Below are positions 1 to 20,419 of a stretch of 64,000 nt of DNA, piece after piece. Location of the stretch: assembly GCF_009914755.1 (NCBI RefSeq), contig NC_060926.1; one strand, 5' to 3'. How positions within the stretch are numbered: position 1 is the stretch's first letter; each line of letters begins with the position of its first letter. The position numbers and the translations under genes were made by a program. Source of the stretch: the human T2T-CHM13v2.0 reference genome, Homo sapiens. Under the pieces are notes generated by a model that was not told the DNA's origin, did no database searches, and saw only the letters and a program-made list of their open reading frames with translations.

Positions 1-1237
1 AACTAATATCTAATTCCATCTCTCAAGGAATAGATAGCCTAATTTCACAGGCATACTTTTTTTGTAATTATGTGTTTAGCAATTTATACTATAAAATACT
101 GAATTGTTTTTTATCCTTCAGACTAAACACCAAGCATCATTGTGATGTGTGAAGAGATGCTAGTTAAAATGTATCTGCCCTTGAGAGTTCTAAGGGTGAT
201 CTAATTTTTCTGCAAATCTATTTTTTAATTTTTAATAATATGAATATGATTTTTTTTAAATGAAAAATTTAAAGAAATAACCACCCCACAATCATCTACC
301 AGTGAATGGGCCAGAGAAGAGCTGCCAGACAAGATTGACTACATAATCATTAGGCCCAGAACACAGTGAAAATGCAGCATCCCTTGTTCAAAAAAATTAT
401 TAAGAATTTCAAGACACGGCAGCAGAGCATTAAACCAAGAGTGGGGTCCTTCTGAACATGGGGTCCTATGTGATGGCACAGGTCACAAAACCATGGAGCC
501 AACCAGCTCTGTGCCCAGACCTTCTCCAGCACCTTCCAGATAAAAGCTTAACTAAGAGCTACATACTTTCCAAAGGCACCATTGCTTCTTCACTGGGTGA
601 CATTTGCAAAATAATTGCCCATAATGCCACCATCTAGGACAATGAGATCCTTTCAGAATTTTCTCCAAGCTTGTATGTGTATATGGATGTGTGTTTGTGT
701 ATGTGTCTCTTTGACACAGGTGGATTGTTCTTAACAATTGTTGTACTATTGTGTCACTTAAAATTATAGCAGGAGTATTTCTCTGTATTAATAAATAGTA
801 TTTAAGAATAAAATTTAAATATTTACATATTTCCAATCTTTTATATAAGAAAATCTCAGCAAGGTCACAGAACTAAGTAATAAAAGGATACTTCAAAAGC
901 AGGTTATCTTGAGTCAAGATAACTAAATTCTAGTCCTAGCTCTAATAGCTAATTAGCTGTGTGACTTTTGTAAATAATTTCGCTTTTCTGGAACTCATTT
1001 TATTTTCTGTAAAATGACTAGATTAATGGATTTTTATCCCCCTAAATACTTTCCAGTTCTAAAATTCTATAATTCCAGTATCATTATGGATTTGAGTGGT
1101 CTCTAGGTCTGGCTATGGCTATAAGGGGCTTTTAAAATCTATCCTTTGAATGAAACTAAGTCATTATCCAATTTTTAAGGCCTTTAGAAGGAGGTTTTTG
1201 TTTTACTGTAATTTAAAACCATTTGGGGGTCAGCCTT

Positions 1238-1709
1238 TGTCGTGTTCAGTGTCAGGTTCCAGCCCAACTGAGGGCTGAGGGAGTGGGTGGATGTGGGGCA
1301 GGGAGCTGGAAGAACACTTGAGAGACACCAGGTAGATGAGACATGGCCTTATTCAGCAGCCCCCACACCTGCAGCTGCATGGCCAGCTCTCCCTTGGCTT
1401 CAGGGTCAGTAGCTTAACTGTTTCTCTGGGCACAAGTGAGCCAAGCTGTGTCCTGGCTCCCCCACCGTCTGTCTGCAAAGGACGGCTCTGACTCTCTCTC
1501 CCAGTGCACCAGCACAACGTCCACAGGGCAATCATACATTTTACAGACAATAGTGGCATAGAGCCAACTGATGGCCTTCCCATGTATGGCTACATGGCTG
1601 TGATAACAAGTGGAGTTATATGCCTGCGCTCTAAACCTGCTGAGTCACACAGGATGTAAACATCCTACCTCGGCCTATCCTTAACCAAAGCACAGCCATG
1701 TTCCTTACA
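1238..1709 (-). repeat. 3' LTR (LTR18-like) of the provirus
   Basis: Minus strand reads TGTAAGGAACATGGCTG...ACA; preceded by polypurine tract AGGGGGTGGAG (1720-1710); homologous to 6788-7187. Confidence 0.9.
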
Positions 1710-1927
1710 CTCCACCCCCTAGGCCAAGGGAGACATAGGCCTTGGATACAGGTTATATGCATAAGCTTTGGGTACATAGGCTTGATATACACACACAAGG
1801 CCTTATACATAAGTTTTGGGCACACGAGTTTGATAAACAGGCTTGGCACACAGGCCTTACATTCCACCCCCTGGAATGAGGGAGTTCTTTTAGTGGGGAT
1901 CCATGCACATAGGGCAGCACCCTGAAC

Positions 1928-3252
1928 TCATAGGTCACAACAACAATACAGAGAACAACAACCTACTATAAATATTCCTGTTATGTTACCTATGATTATT
2001 AGAGCCCAGCATAGGGTAGTGCCCAGAGGCACCCACTGTCTCTGCAGAGGGTCATCAGTAAGGTGCTCAATAGCCTTAATCTCCTGTGACACCCCTTGTA
2101 AAGCTACCATTATGTTCTAGTGGATGTCAGGGATAAATGTACAAAATTGTGTCCCTCCAAGGGCACAGGTGCCACCCTGAGCAACTGTGACTATGTTTAA
2201 GGCCATCCGATTTTGCAGCACCACCTTCCTGATCTGATCAACCTCATCAGTTAGCAAAAGGAGAGCAACTCGGGTGTAATTCAGGGCCCGAGCTGTGTGC
2301 TCTGCAAGGGCTGTAACTTGCATTTCTATAGTAACGACACCTGCTCCAGGGATAGTTATTGCTAAGGGGTGGAGCCACCAGAGGGTGGCAAAAACTGGGA
2401 ACGCAGTGCCTCCCAGTTATTCGGGCAACTAGGCAATGTGGGAAGCACAGTGGCAGGCACAGAAAACCACCCCCAAGTAAAACATCCAGTCCAATTGGCT
2501 GGTAGATATTGCCATTTGGTTTATGGGCCCCACAGACCCATAAACTCTCAGGGGGCACAAAGTCCATTGGAGCCCAGCCTTGGTAAGGCCGCTTGTTCCA
2601 CAACACCCTTGGTGTGGTGACATGTTATGTTTGCACAAACCTCAGCAGGCCACCATCCCACAGTGACTTCACCCCAGTGCTGCTCTATGCATCGTGGTAC
2701 CTGCGATGGGGGCACCACGTGTTCTCCCATTAGCCAGCCCCACCCATCATAGACACTACGAGTCAGCCAGGGGGCAGGCTTGCCATGGGTTTTGCGACAC
2801 CCCCTGTCCAAAGCCTGCCGTGTTGCATCCCACCAATTGTCTGTGGAACCACAAGTTTCTAGTCGTGTCCAGTTTTTCACAGAAGCTGGGTGCATGTGCC
2901 AAGGCAAGCCATCCACAGCTGCTGCTGGAAGGGTAGTACAGATCCAACAGTTGGAGACATTGGTCACCTCAGCGTAGGTGTGGGCCCAGTCCACAATGCA
3001 GTTGGAGCATGCCAACCTACGGCCAGAATGACAAAGTAGGCACAGATACTAACAAGGGTAAATCATGTCCCTTAGGCCAAATGCAAGCCAACTTTTATCT
3101 CTAGATAACAATGTAGCTGCCAAGGGCTTCTGCCCTGGGTGATGGTACCACACCTTATCAGCTGCTTGTGGTTCTTTTGGGTCCTGTATCCATGCCAAAG
3201 TCACAAGGGAGCTCATAATAGGCCACACAGACAGTACATATGTTCCCCCCAC
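1928..3252 (-). pseudogene. ERV env remnant (SU and TM) with stops and frameshifts
   Basis: ORF 2548-3015 has a CWIC (CxxC) motif; ORF 2117-2323 has immunosuppressive-domain-like LQNRMALNIVTVAQGGTC; ORF 1928-2110 has a hydrophobic anchor. Confidence 0.85.
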
Positions 3253-3521
3253 CAGAGGAGGGTTCCTTTCCTGGCTATTCCCCTACGAACAGTCAATCAT
3301 GGAGGCCACACATTAAATACCCAGGGAATAACATATAAGTCATACTGCAGACCCTCCCCCAAGGGGGCTATGATAGCCAACCATCTGCAGTGAGGGGCTT
3401 GGAGGGTCCATGGCTAACACCAGGTTTTGTTTGTTTGTTTCCCTACCTTTAGGGGCATTGGGGCAGGCAATAACAGATTGCCGTTTGTCCCCATACCTGG
3501 TTGGAGAGGGTCATCCTTCCT

Positions 3522-5216
3522 CTCATAGATCTGGCCACATGGCCTGGCCCTACATGGGCTGGTGACTAACTAATTCTGTAACTTTCAGGTAATTAACCAC
3601 AATGTTAAGCGTTGATAAACTGCCCAGCATTGGTGTAGATTACCATGGGTGTCACCTCCTTGGTGATCCTCATCCGTGTTGCCCTGAGCTCAACTTATTA
3701 GCTACTTTGCCCACTCTTGGTATCAAACCATATAATGTCAGTAGTAGGCTGGACTGCAGCAGCAATCCAGGCAGCAGCAGTACTCCGGCTAGACCTGTCT
3801 ATATATTATGCCTCATCAGGAATGGGGCCGGGGGTGCCTCAGGCCCCATGGCCTTATCTTGCATGAGGACTACAGGCCCTAAGACCTCTTGTAACTCTGC
3901 TGCTAAGGGACTTGTATTCAGCGTACTTCACTGCTCTAAGTAGGTGCCCCACTTTGATAAAGTGCTGTCCCAGTCTGGAAGGGTCGCTACCCATGAACGT
4001 AGCAGCCATCCTGCTATTGGGTAAGTCATCTGCATGATGACTGTAGCCTGTTCTGCCATGCTCTTATGAGTCTGAAGGGCAGCATATGCAGTTACTAACT
4101 GCTTCCCAGTCCAGGGGGTCATTATCCATGAACATACCCATCCTGCTATTACTAACTGCTTCTCTATCAATAAAGACAAGCTCAGCTCCATAGTTGGGGC
4201 CAAAAGCCTACTGGCATACTCAAGCACTCCGTGCACTGCTATAGGCCCTAACTGAAACTATCTGTGGTCACATGCACATCTAGCCTAAATGGGCACCTCT
4301 GATCAACTACCCATAGGGCTTGTGCCTGCTAAATAGCCTGCTTGAGATAGCCAGGACAGCTGTCTCAACCTCACCATCCAATCCCAGGCAAGAGGGGCAT
4401 TGTCGCTTTCAAATCTGCAAGATAATCGGAGGTTAATATGACATTATCAATAAAACGATGACACATGGTGGGGCTATGCATCTAGCCCTGCAGCAACACT
4501 GTGAAAGTCCATTGTCATCCTCCCATGAAGGCAAGCTGTTCGTGGCTCTCTGGAGCAATGTCAGTGGAGAAGAATGCATTATTCACATTCATCACAGAGT
4601 AGTACTGTCCCAGTTCCGTTGTCAAGCGGTTCATCAAATCCATGATGGAGGGTACAGCTGCATGCTGAGAGGGTGTTACTTTATTCAGTTCCCGATAATC
4701 CACTGGTATTCGCCCAGTTCCATCAGGCTTTCTGACTGGCCATACCAGGGAATTGTAGGGGCTATGGGTGCCATGCACTATTTGCACCTCCTCTAACTTC
4801 TGAATAGTCTCAGTTATGGCTGTATGCCCCCCTGACAAACAGTATTGATGAGTGGAGGTATCCTGTTGGGGTTGTGGCAGAGCTTGGGCTGGTGATGTGT
4901 ATTGTCCCTGCAGTATCAGCTTTACTGCACTAACTCGGAGCCTGAATTCTCCAGCCATGGTGTGCAAGTCCAGACCATGCAAAATGTCCACTGCCAGAAT
5001 ATATTCAGGTATGAGAGAGACATACACAGTGTATAGGCGGAGAGCCAAGTGGCTGATGCCAAGATAAAGAGACACAGGTTTCACTTTCACTGACCAGCTT
5101 TCATAGCTGGTAATAAATGCAGCTCTGCCAGAAAACTTATCCGGGTTCCCATAAACTAGGCTGCAGTCTGCACCAGTATCTACCAGTGCTAGGACCCGCT
5201 GTGACCCACTGTACAT
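3522..5216 (-). pseudogene. ERV pro-pol remnant (protease, RT, RNase H; integrase core missing)
   Basis: LVDTGA protease motif; RT N-terminus PYNSLVWPVRKPDG...VDYRELNK; YxDD degenerated to FIDN near 4440-4454; RNase H-like ELRA...IYTN near 3630-3730. Confidence 0.85.
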
Positions 5217-5219
5217 TAG

Positions 5220-6724
5220 TCGGGGACCAGCGGATTACTAGCACCACATACAGCCTCTGGTTGTCTGGTTCCCCACACCGAGCTGCATATCTCAGCCAGT
5301 TCCCTAATCAAACAAGAAAGGCTCCATATCTCCGCCTGTCTGCAAACAGTCCTTGAGTTGCGGTGTCCAGGCGGGAGTGGGTTGAACAACATTGCTTCAC
5401 CCCCCATTTAAGCATTCTCCGGAATTGCTGCTCTGGGGACAGTTGCCTCCAAAGAGCCAAGAGCATTCCATTGGGTTGCCTGTTAGTTTTCTCCGGAGCA
5501 ACCCCAGCTGCAAGTAAATCAATCCACATCTGCATGCAGGTCACCTGCCAGGCTGCTTTTTATCACATGGGATGGTTATCTGCGGAGGGGGCACCTTCCC
5601 CTTCTTTCTGGCACGGGTTCCCCGGTCCAGCTGATGCCTTCTGCCTCCCCCAGGACTGCCATAACAGTAGTCACTTCATGTATGTGGCACCCCACATATG
5701 GGGTGAGAACAGCAGCTAGAGAGTCAAAAGCACTCGGGGGCAATGAGCCCAGCACAAGACTCCTCATGTGCGAGGTAAAGTGTTCATCATCTGGTCCCCG
5801 GGTGTTTAGATCAAACAGCCTGCTGCATACCCAGCTCTCAGAGTATCTGCACCAAATTAGTATATGACTGCCATTTACTCACAGTTTCTGGTATCTTTCT
5901 GGCGTCATTCCAAACAGTCCATATGGCTGCCATTAGCCACTCGATTAACGTGTGGTCATCCTGCCCTTGTGCTAACTGTCCACACAGCTGCAGCTGCTGA
6001 TGAAGGGAGGGATGAGTTGTGATAGAATCCAGCTTCTCCCTCTCAGAGGCAGAGCAAGAAATGCTGTCAGTTCCCTAGGATACTGCCGACACTGTTTACC
6101 TAATTCCTGCAACTCAGTGGGGGTATAAACACTATAAGAGGTGTGTTCCACCACTGTGTGGCCAGGGGATAGGGGTGGGGGTCCCTGGGCTCTCCCCTGG
6201 GGTCCCATCAGCTGCTCATGGTCTATCTTCTGATGGATCACAGGGCGAGCCCGCAGCAGAGAAGCTGCCTCCTCCTCAGCATCAGACCCAATGGGAGTGT
6301 CCGGCCAGGAGGACTGGCTGAAGGTCGCGCTGACAGCTGTTGCTAACTCCTGTTCCAGGTTGTTTATCTGGGCCTCTAAGCGCCCTGCTTGCACATGGAG
6401 GTCCCTCTCCACACACCCCACCCCCCCACCCCGCCCCAGGTTTTGCTCCAAGCTGTGCATTTGGGCTCCCGGGCACTGGGCTTGTGCCTGAAAGTCCCTT
6501 ACCTGTGCTGTGTCCTGCAGGGACTGAGCATGAAACTCAGTTTCTGACTGAATCAGAAACGCCCATCCGACTCTGCCGGCAAAGGTCATTCCTTCTTGGT
6601 GCTGTGAGCTTCCAGATGCTTCTCCACACTCATGGGAGACCCATTCACTGCCTCCCACGTTTCCACTGGGGCCTACCCGAGCAGCATCTCTGCCACGGGG
6701 TACCACAGCCCATGCTGTGGCCAC
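5220..6724 (-). pseudogene. ERV gag remnant
   Basis: Lies between PBS and protease; fragmented ORFs (5972-6724 with SVYTPTELQELGKQCRQ; 5308-5544 with MWIDLLAAGV) resemble class III gag. Confidence 0.7.
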
Positions 6725-6768
6725 ATAGCCAACCCGGGAGCCTCAGGGGCTGAAGACCTACTCACCTT

Positions 6769-6786
6769 ATCCTGCTGACTACACCA
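6769..6786 (-). promoter_or_regulatory. Primer binding site for tRNA-Ser
   Basis: Minus strand TGGTGTAGTCAGCAGGAT vs expected TGGCGTAGTCGGCAGGAT (two CpG-type transitions), adjacent to the 5' LTR; followed by consensus splice donor AAG|GTGAGT (6768-6760). Confidence 0.9.
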
Positions 6787-6787
6787 A

Positions 6788-7187
6788 GTATGCTCAGGGT
6801 TAGGTTCCAGCCCCAGCTGAGGGCTGAGGGGAGTGGGTGGATGTGGGGCAGGAAACTGGAAGAACACTAGAGAGACAGCAGGTAGATGAGACATGGCTTT
6901 ATTCAGCAGCCCCCACACCTGCAGCTGCATGGCCGTCTGCAAAGACAGACAGCTCTGACTCTGTCTTTCTCTGGGTGCCAGCATGCCTGCACAGTGTCAA
7001 CAGGGCATTTATAGCTTTTACAGACAATAGTGGCGTAGAGCCAAGTGATGGCCTTCCCGTGTTTTGACTACATGGCTGTGATAACAAGTGGAGTTATACG
7101 CCTGTGCTCTAAACTCACTGAGTCACACAGGATGTAAACATCCTACTTTGGCCTATCCTTGACCAAAATGCAGCCATATTTCTTACA
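6788..7187 (-). repeat. 5' LTR (LTR18-like) of the provirus
   Basis: Homologous to 1238-1709 but lacks about 86 bp; adjacent to PBS. Confidence 0.9.
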
Positions 7188-7261
7188 GCCTTGTTTGCCA
7201 TTTCTTATCATATTAGATTGTAGACTTGAACTTTACATATTGCTTAGTTTTCTTGTCTTTG

Positions 7262-7522
<261 letters not shown>

Positions 7523-7935
7523 ATTTTTATTTTCATAACTCTCCTCTGACCTACTCACAGGTCCTCTCTGACCTTCAAAATTGTCCCTGAACCAGACAAA
7601 GTACTGTATGCAAGGGTCAAGTCACTGATTATCCTTTTCATTTTCCTCTTATAAGCATTATCTTTCTCCTCTCTTCCTTTTTTTTATTTCCCATCAATGT
7701 ATTAGGATGGTATTTCTCTGGGAATCATGTTAAAATGCCAGTTCTCTTTCAATAAGCCTGGGGTGGGACTTGAGATTCTGCCTTTCTAACATATCCACAG
7801 GTTATGTTGATGCTACTCCCTGAACCACACATTCAGTAGCATAGTATATTCCAGTGAAATGTGCTTTGTTAAAAAAGTTTTTTAAATAACCTCTTTCCCA
7901 CAACCCTAAGTAGTAGCAATCCACAGAATTGTGAG

Positions 7936-8749
<814 letters not shown>

Positions 8750-9151
8750 GTGAGGTAGTGTACCCTTTTTCCAGGAATGCTCACAGGACATAACTAAATT
8801 GTGCATTGATACTACAAATACTTCATATACTTAGATGCCTCTTGATTAACTCATCCTGCTGAGTCTAGCACCATTTCCTATAAAGACATTAAGAACCTGA
8901 AAGCAATCTTGACTGGCCCATAGGTCAAGTCTGGGTGCCACTGAAATAATCTGAAAGTCAATTCAACCCTTAAAATTGAGTCCAACCATCCTGTCTAAAT
9001 AAGCAGCCGAATGTGATGACTTTCAAGCTTACCTGCCACAGAATAACCTGCCAAGAATAACCTACCCCAGCTCCTGTGCCTACCCCAAAGAGGAAGTACT
9101 AGACACAGAAATAAACTGTTAGAATAGGACCTGGTATACTATGTGACTGAA

Positions 9152-9390
9152 TGCAGGCTTTCTCAACTTTGGTACCATAGGCATTTGAGGCTAGATAATT
9201 TCTTTGGTGGAGGAGGATGGGGAAAGAGCTTCCTGTGCAGTGTAGGATATTTAGCAGCATCTCTGACCTCTACTCAATAGCAGAGCAGAGCAGTTGCTCC
9301 CCCCACCTCAAGTTATAACAACTAAAAATGTCTCCAGATACTGCCACATATCTCCTGCACAATAAAATTGCCCTTATTTGAGAACCCACT
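9152..9390. mobile_element. MER20-like hAT DNA transposon
   Basis: CAGGCTTTCTCAAC...TTGAGAACCCACT termini and MER20-like interior. Confidence 0.7.
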
Positions 9391-9653
9391 TACTTAATGC
9401 TTAAAAGTCCACTTGCGGATCAAGTGAAGTTACAGCAATTGTACATACTGTATGTATATATTAACTAATGGCTTCTCTTTCCTATAAAAAATTTTTGTTA
9501 TCAAGTTCATAGCCTTGTCACAGCATAGCAATCATCATTTGAGCGTTTAACAAATATTTTTGATGCCTAACTCAGTCAAAAGTTAGGCATTTTTTTGGTA
9601 ATGCCTACTTTTACTTCTTGTGCTAGATACTTCTTGTGTCAAGTACACATTAG

Positions 9654-10014
<361 letters not shown>

Positions 10015-11120
10015 TAAATCTGCTTTTAAAAGTCTTTTGTAGCACAAGCTATAATCATATCTCTATTCTCCTTGTTTTTTAATGCTATATTTGATATCCG
10101 TTTACTTTTACAGCATTTGAATGTTTTAGATCCTGGTTGAAACTAGCCCTGAAGAAGAATTAGATATTTCTCTTTACAGTCTTACAAACTCCTTTAAGGG
10201 ACAGCCGATAGATTGATGAGATGAGGTACAGATGAGGTACACCATGAGATGGGGTACAGTGACTCTGTTAATAATGTGAGCGGTGTTGGACTTTATAGCA
10301 ACCTCACTACTCGATACTGGATAATGCTTTTTTTTTTTTTTTTTTTTTTTAGAAGATGGAAGAGTCCATTATTGACCTAATAACCCCAAAGTATATCTTC
10401 AGATGAGAACAGTTGTAGAGGACATGTGGTTAATAATGAATTGACCAAACCCTTTTACCTAATACCCTACATTTTGTGTAACCTGTTGGATTTCTTTTTT
10501 AGGTGGACAGTGTGGTAGTTACGTTGTAAATAGATTTTTTTAGAGACAGGATCTCTGTCTGTCACTTAGGCTGGAGTGCAGTGATATAAACACGGCTCAC
10601 TGCAGCCTCAACCTCCTGGGCTCAAGTGATCCACCCACCTCAGCCTGCTGTGTAGCTAGGACCACAGATATGTGCCACAATGCCTGACTAATTTTTTCAT
10701 TTTTGTGTACAGATTTGGTCTCGTCACATAGATTTTTAGATGTGCTCTGCAGGGCATATGGAACAATATGTTCTGAGCCAAAAGCTAAATCTATTCTACT
10801 TGTTTGTGTTGTACAAAATAATGTCTGTGTGATGATGGTTCATATGGAAACAAAATATTAACATGGATGTTTCCCAAAACAGAATTCTCCAAAACTCCCA
10901 TTGTTTACGGAAGATGTTACTTAGCAAAAAAATTAGTTTCTCATTTATATCTAAATAATAAATTTTCAGTCGTGTAGCTAAACAAATACCAAAAAAATAT
11001 TTACAATTAAACTAAATACTGGTTGCTGCATGGACATTTATAATCAGTGTAAAATGGAAACCTTGCTCATTCACATTTTTTCTGCCACTCTACAGTTATA
11101 CTCTGGATTTTATTACATAC

Positions 11121-12566
<1,446 letters not shown>

Positions 12567-13048
12567 TGTACCAAAATCACAACTCTTTTCACCACCAAAT
12601 TTAAGCAATATTTTATTATCCTCAGTTCAATATGAAAGTATATTCTTTGGGGGATTTATTGACAACTTAGCTCTTTTCACATTTGAATCCAGAACACTAT
12701 CGTGTTCTACAATTTTTAGTATTGAAAATACTTCATTCAACAAATATTTTTGGGTACCTACTATGTGCAAAAAACAAAATAAACTGTGGAAGTATAAGAA
12801 GTGTAGGATTATATCTTACGAAGAATGATGTCCTTCAAAGAATTTACAATTTGATTGAAGAGGTGGGATGTGAACATATATAATACATAATACCAAGATA
12901 TGCTTCATAAACATCTTAGTAATCATCACACTAACAAAAGTACTTGAGAGGAAAAGATGATTACAAAGCATTGAGTTTTGTAATCAATCAGTTAATTGTA
13001 AAATAAGAGAAGCCTTATGAAAGAGGTAGACAGTGGTCCATGCCTTAA

Positions 13049-13271
13049 AGCAAGCTTATCCAACCCATGCCCGTGGGCTGCAAGTGGCCCAGGATTGCTT
13101 TGAATGTGGCCCAACACAAATTTGTAAATTATGTTAAAACATTATGAGAGTTATTTGCTTTTGTTTTTTTTAGCTCATCAGCTATCATTAGTGTTAGTGT
13201 ATTTTCTATGTGGCCCAAGACGGTTCTTCTTCCAGTGTGACCCAGGGAACCCAAAAGATTGGACACCCCTG
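13049..13271. mobile_element. MER30-like DNA transposon
   Basis: CAAGCTTATCCAACCC...AAAAGATTGGACACCCCTG. Confidence 0.75.
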
Positions 13272-13548
13272 CCTTAAAGGATAAGAAGCATTGGGATAGA
13301 TGAAAAGGACTCCACAGAACTTTCCAGATGATGGAAACAATATGAACTGAAATGGGAGTGAGCACAGATTGTTCATTAGGTAGTGATGAGGGGGCTGGCT
13401 TGATGAAGTTAAGGGTTTAAACTGGGGAGTAGCAGAATAAAGCTTTGTAAGTGGAATTTGGCCAATTTATGGTCTGGTTTGAAACCCGATTAGAGGAGTT
13501 TGAACTTTTTCTTGGTAGCACTTACGAGCAAGTAAAGGGAAGTGATAT

Positions 13549-15023
<1,475 letters not shown>

Positions 15024-15091
15024 GCAAAATCATTTTGAACACATTGGTAAAAGAAGGAATTGCTGGGAAGGTGGCATTTGAGCAAAAACCT

Positions 15092-16432
<1,341 letters not shown>

Positions 16433-17453
16433 AAGGCAGGGTGCAGTGGCTCATGCCTGTAATCCCAGCACTCTCGGAGGCCGAAGTGGGAGGATCACTG
16501 GAGGTCACATGTTCGAGACCAGCCTGACCAACATGGCAAAACCCTATCTCTACTAAAATACAACAATTAGCTGGGTGTGGTGGCATGTACCTGTAATCCC
16601 AGCTACTCGGGAGGCCTAGGCAGGAGAATCACTTGAACCTGGGAGGCAGAGGTTGCAGTGAGCTGATATCACACCATTGTACTCCAGCCTGGGTGACAGA
16701 GCAAGACTCTGTCTCAAAAAAAAAAAAAAGAAAATTAAAAAAAAAAATCCTAATGGAGGTGAGAGAGCCAGTCCTGTAGTGGTAGCTGGGAAAAGAGCAG
16801 TCCAGGCGAAAGGAATAGCTAGTAGCAAAGCCCGGAGAAAGCCCTGAGGCACCGCCTCCTGGTGAGAGGCAAAGCAGAGCTGGATGTGGGGATCCAGGAG
16901 CCTGTTATAAGTACTCTGGCTTTTACTGAATGAGCCAGGAAGTCTTTGGCGAGCTTTAATCTCTGACTTATAGAATAATATCAGTCTTTCTTGGGTTAGT
17001 TGAGCCAATGCTCTTACTTGTATTCTTTCTCCATCGCTTATAATGGAAAAAGCCCTAGTTTATTATCCTTCTGTCTTGTATTAATTTTATCTGGGATTGA
17101 GCTCTGTGGCACAGAAACATATTCTCAAATAAACTGCTATCTTTTAAATAGTAATAATACTCCCTCAAACAGTAATAGGCTAATTCCTGTTTTGGGACCA
17201 GATCAGTGGTCTTTCAAATCTAATAAGTTTGAAAAACTATGTACTCACTTCCATATTTTTAAATCGATATTGGAAACTTTTCATCACAAGTTTAAATATT
17301 TGCCAAGGTTGTAATTTCTAACATGTTATAAATAATGACTGTTAAATAATACTTTTAAATCTATTTAGTAAAAACTAAATATAGCCGTTCAAAACCACTG
17401 TCATTCATTTAAAAATACATAAACAAGTTGTTCTTTAAAAGTGGGAAATTTTT

Positions 17454-17585
17454 GGCTTCCTAGTACTTACCATGGTCTGTGTTCTTACGCTGACTGTATA
17501 GAAACAGGAGGCAGAGTAAACCGACCCCACATATACCTCAGCCCAGGCCCTGTGCTGCGTCTGTATTGTGAATCAGGAGACATGG
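17454..17585 (+). ncRNA. SNORA51: SNORA51 (ACA51) H/ACA snoRNA retrocopy
   Basis: 132 nt closely matching recalled ACA51; H box AGAGTA 17513-17518; ACA 17580-17582, three nt from the end; followed by AGTTCAG and an A10 tail. Confidence 0.85.
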
Positions 17586-17713
17586 AGTTCAGAAAAAAAA
17601 ACTATTGGAAGTTTTTATTTTCTCATTTTTAAAATTTAGTTCTCAGTCTTCTTTCTTCTTGAGTTCGTACTTCCATTCTACTTCTCTTAGAGAAGGTTGT
17701 CCCACTGAAAATA

Positions 17714-19043
<1,330 letters not shown>

Positions 19044-19338
19044 AAAGAAAGCATTTTTGGCCAGGCCAAAAAAAAGAAAGACTTTTCTGTATGGTTTTAT
19101 ACTGAATATCTTTTATTAATCTCTTAACCTTCTCTGTGACAAAAATGTGTATAAATTACAATTTGTATGTCCTTGATGGTTTTATATCTTTGGTTATTTT
19201 ACAAATCCTGGTCTAATTAATATTATAATTATTATTATAATTAATTAAACATAAATATGTTTAAATCAAAAGTAAAAAATTATTAAAAATTATTTCAATC
19301 TGATGAATAGGGCTACTTTCATTTAGAGTATGAAGTCA

Positions 19339-20419
<1,081 letters not shown>

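Larger units (their letters stand above)
1238..7187 (-). mobile_element. HERV-S/HERVL18-type endogenous retrovirus provirus (LTR-gag-pro-pol(deleted)-env-LTR), defective
   Basis: Two homologous LTRs; 5-bp TSD GCCTT at 1233-1237 and 7188-7192; tRNA-Ser PBS; polypurine tract; protease, RT, RNase H and env TM motifs in minus-strand ORFs. Confidence 0.92.

Noticed and set aside
10328-10430. Poly-T plus AG resembling a strong acceptor for a hidden exon
   Set aside because: Weak downstream donor and no recognisable peptide
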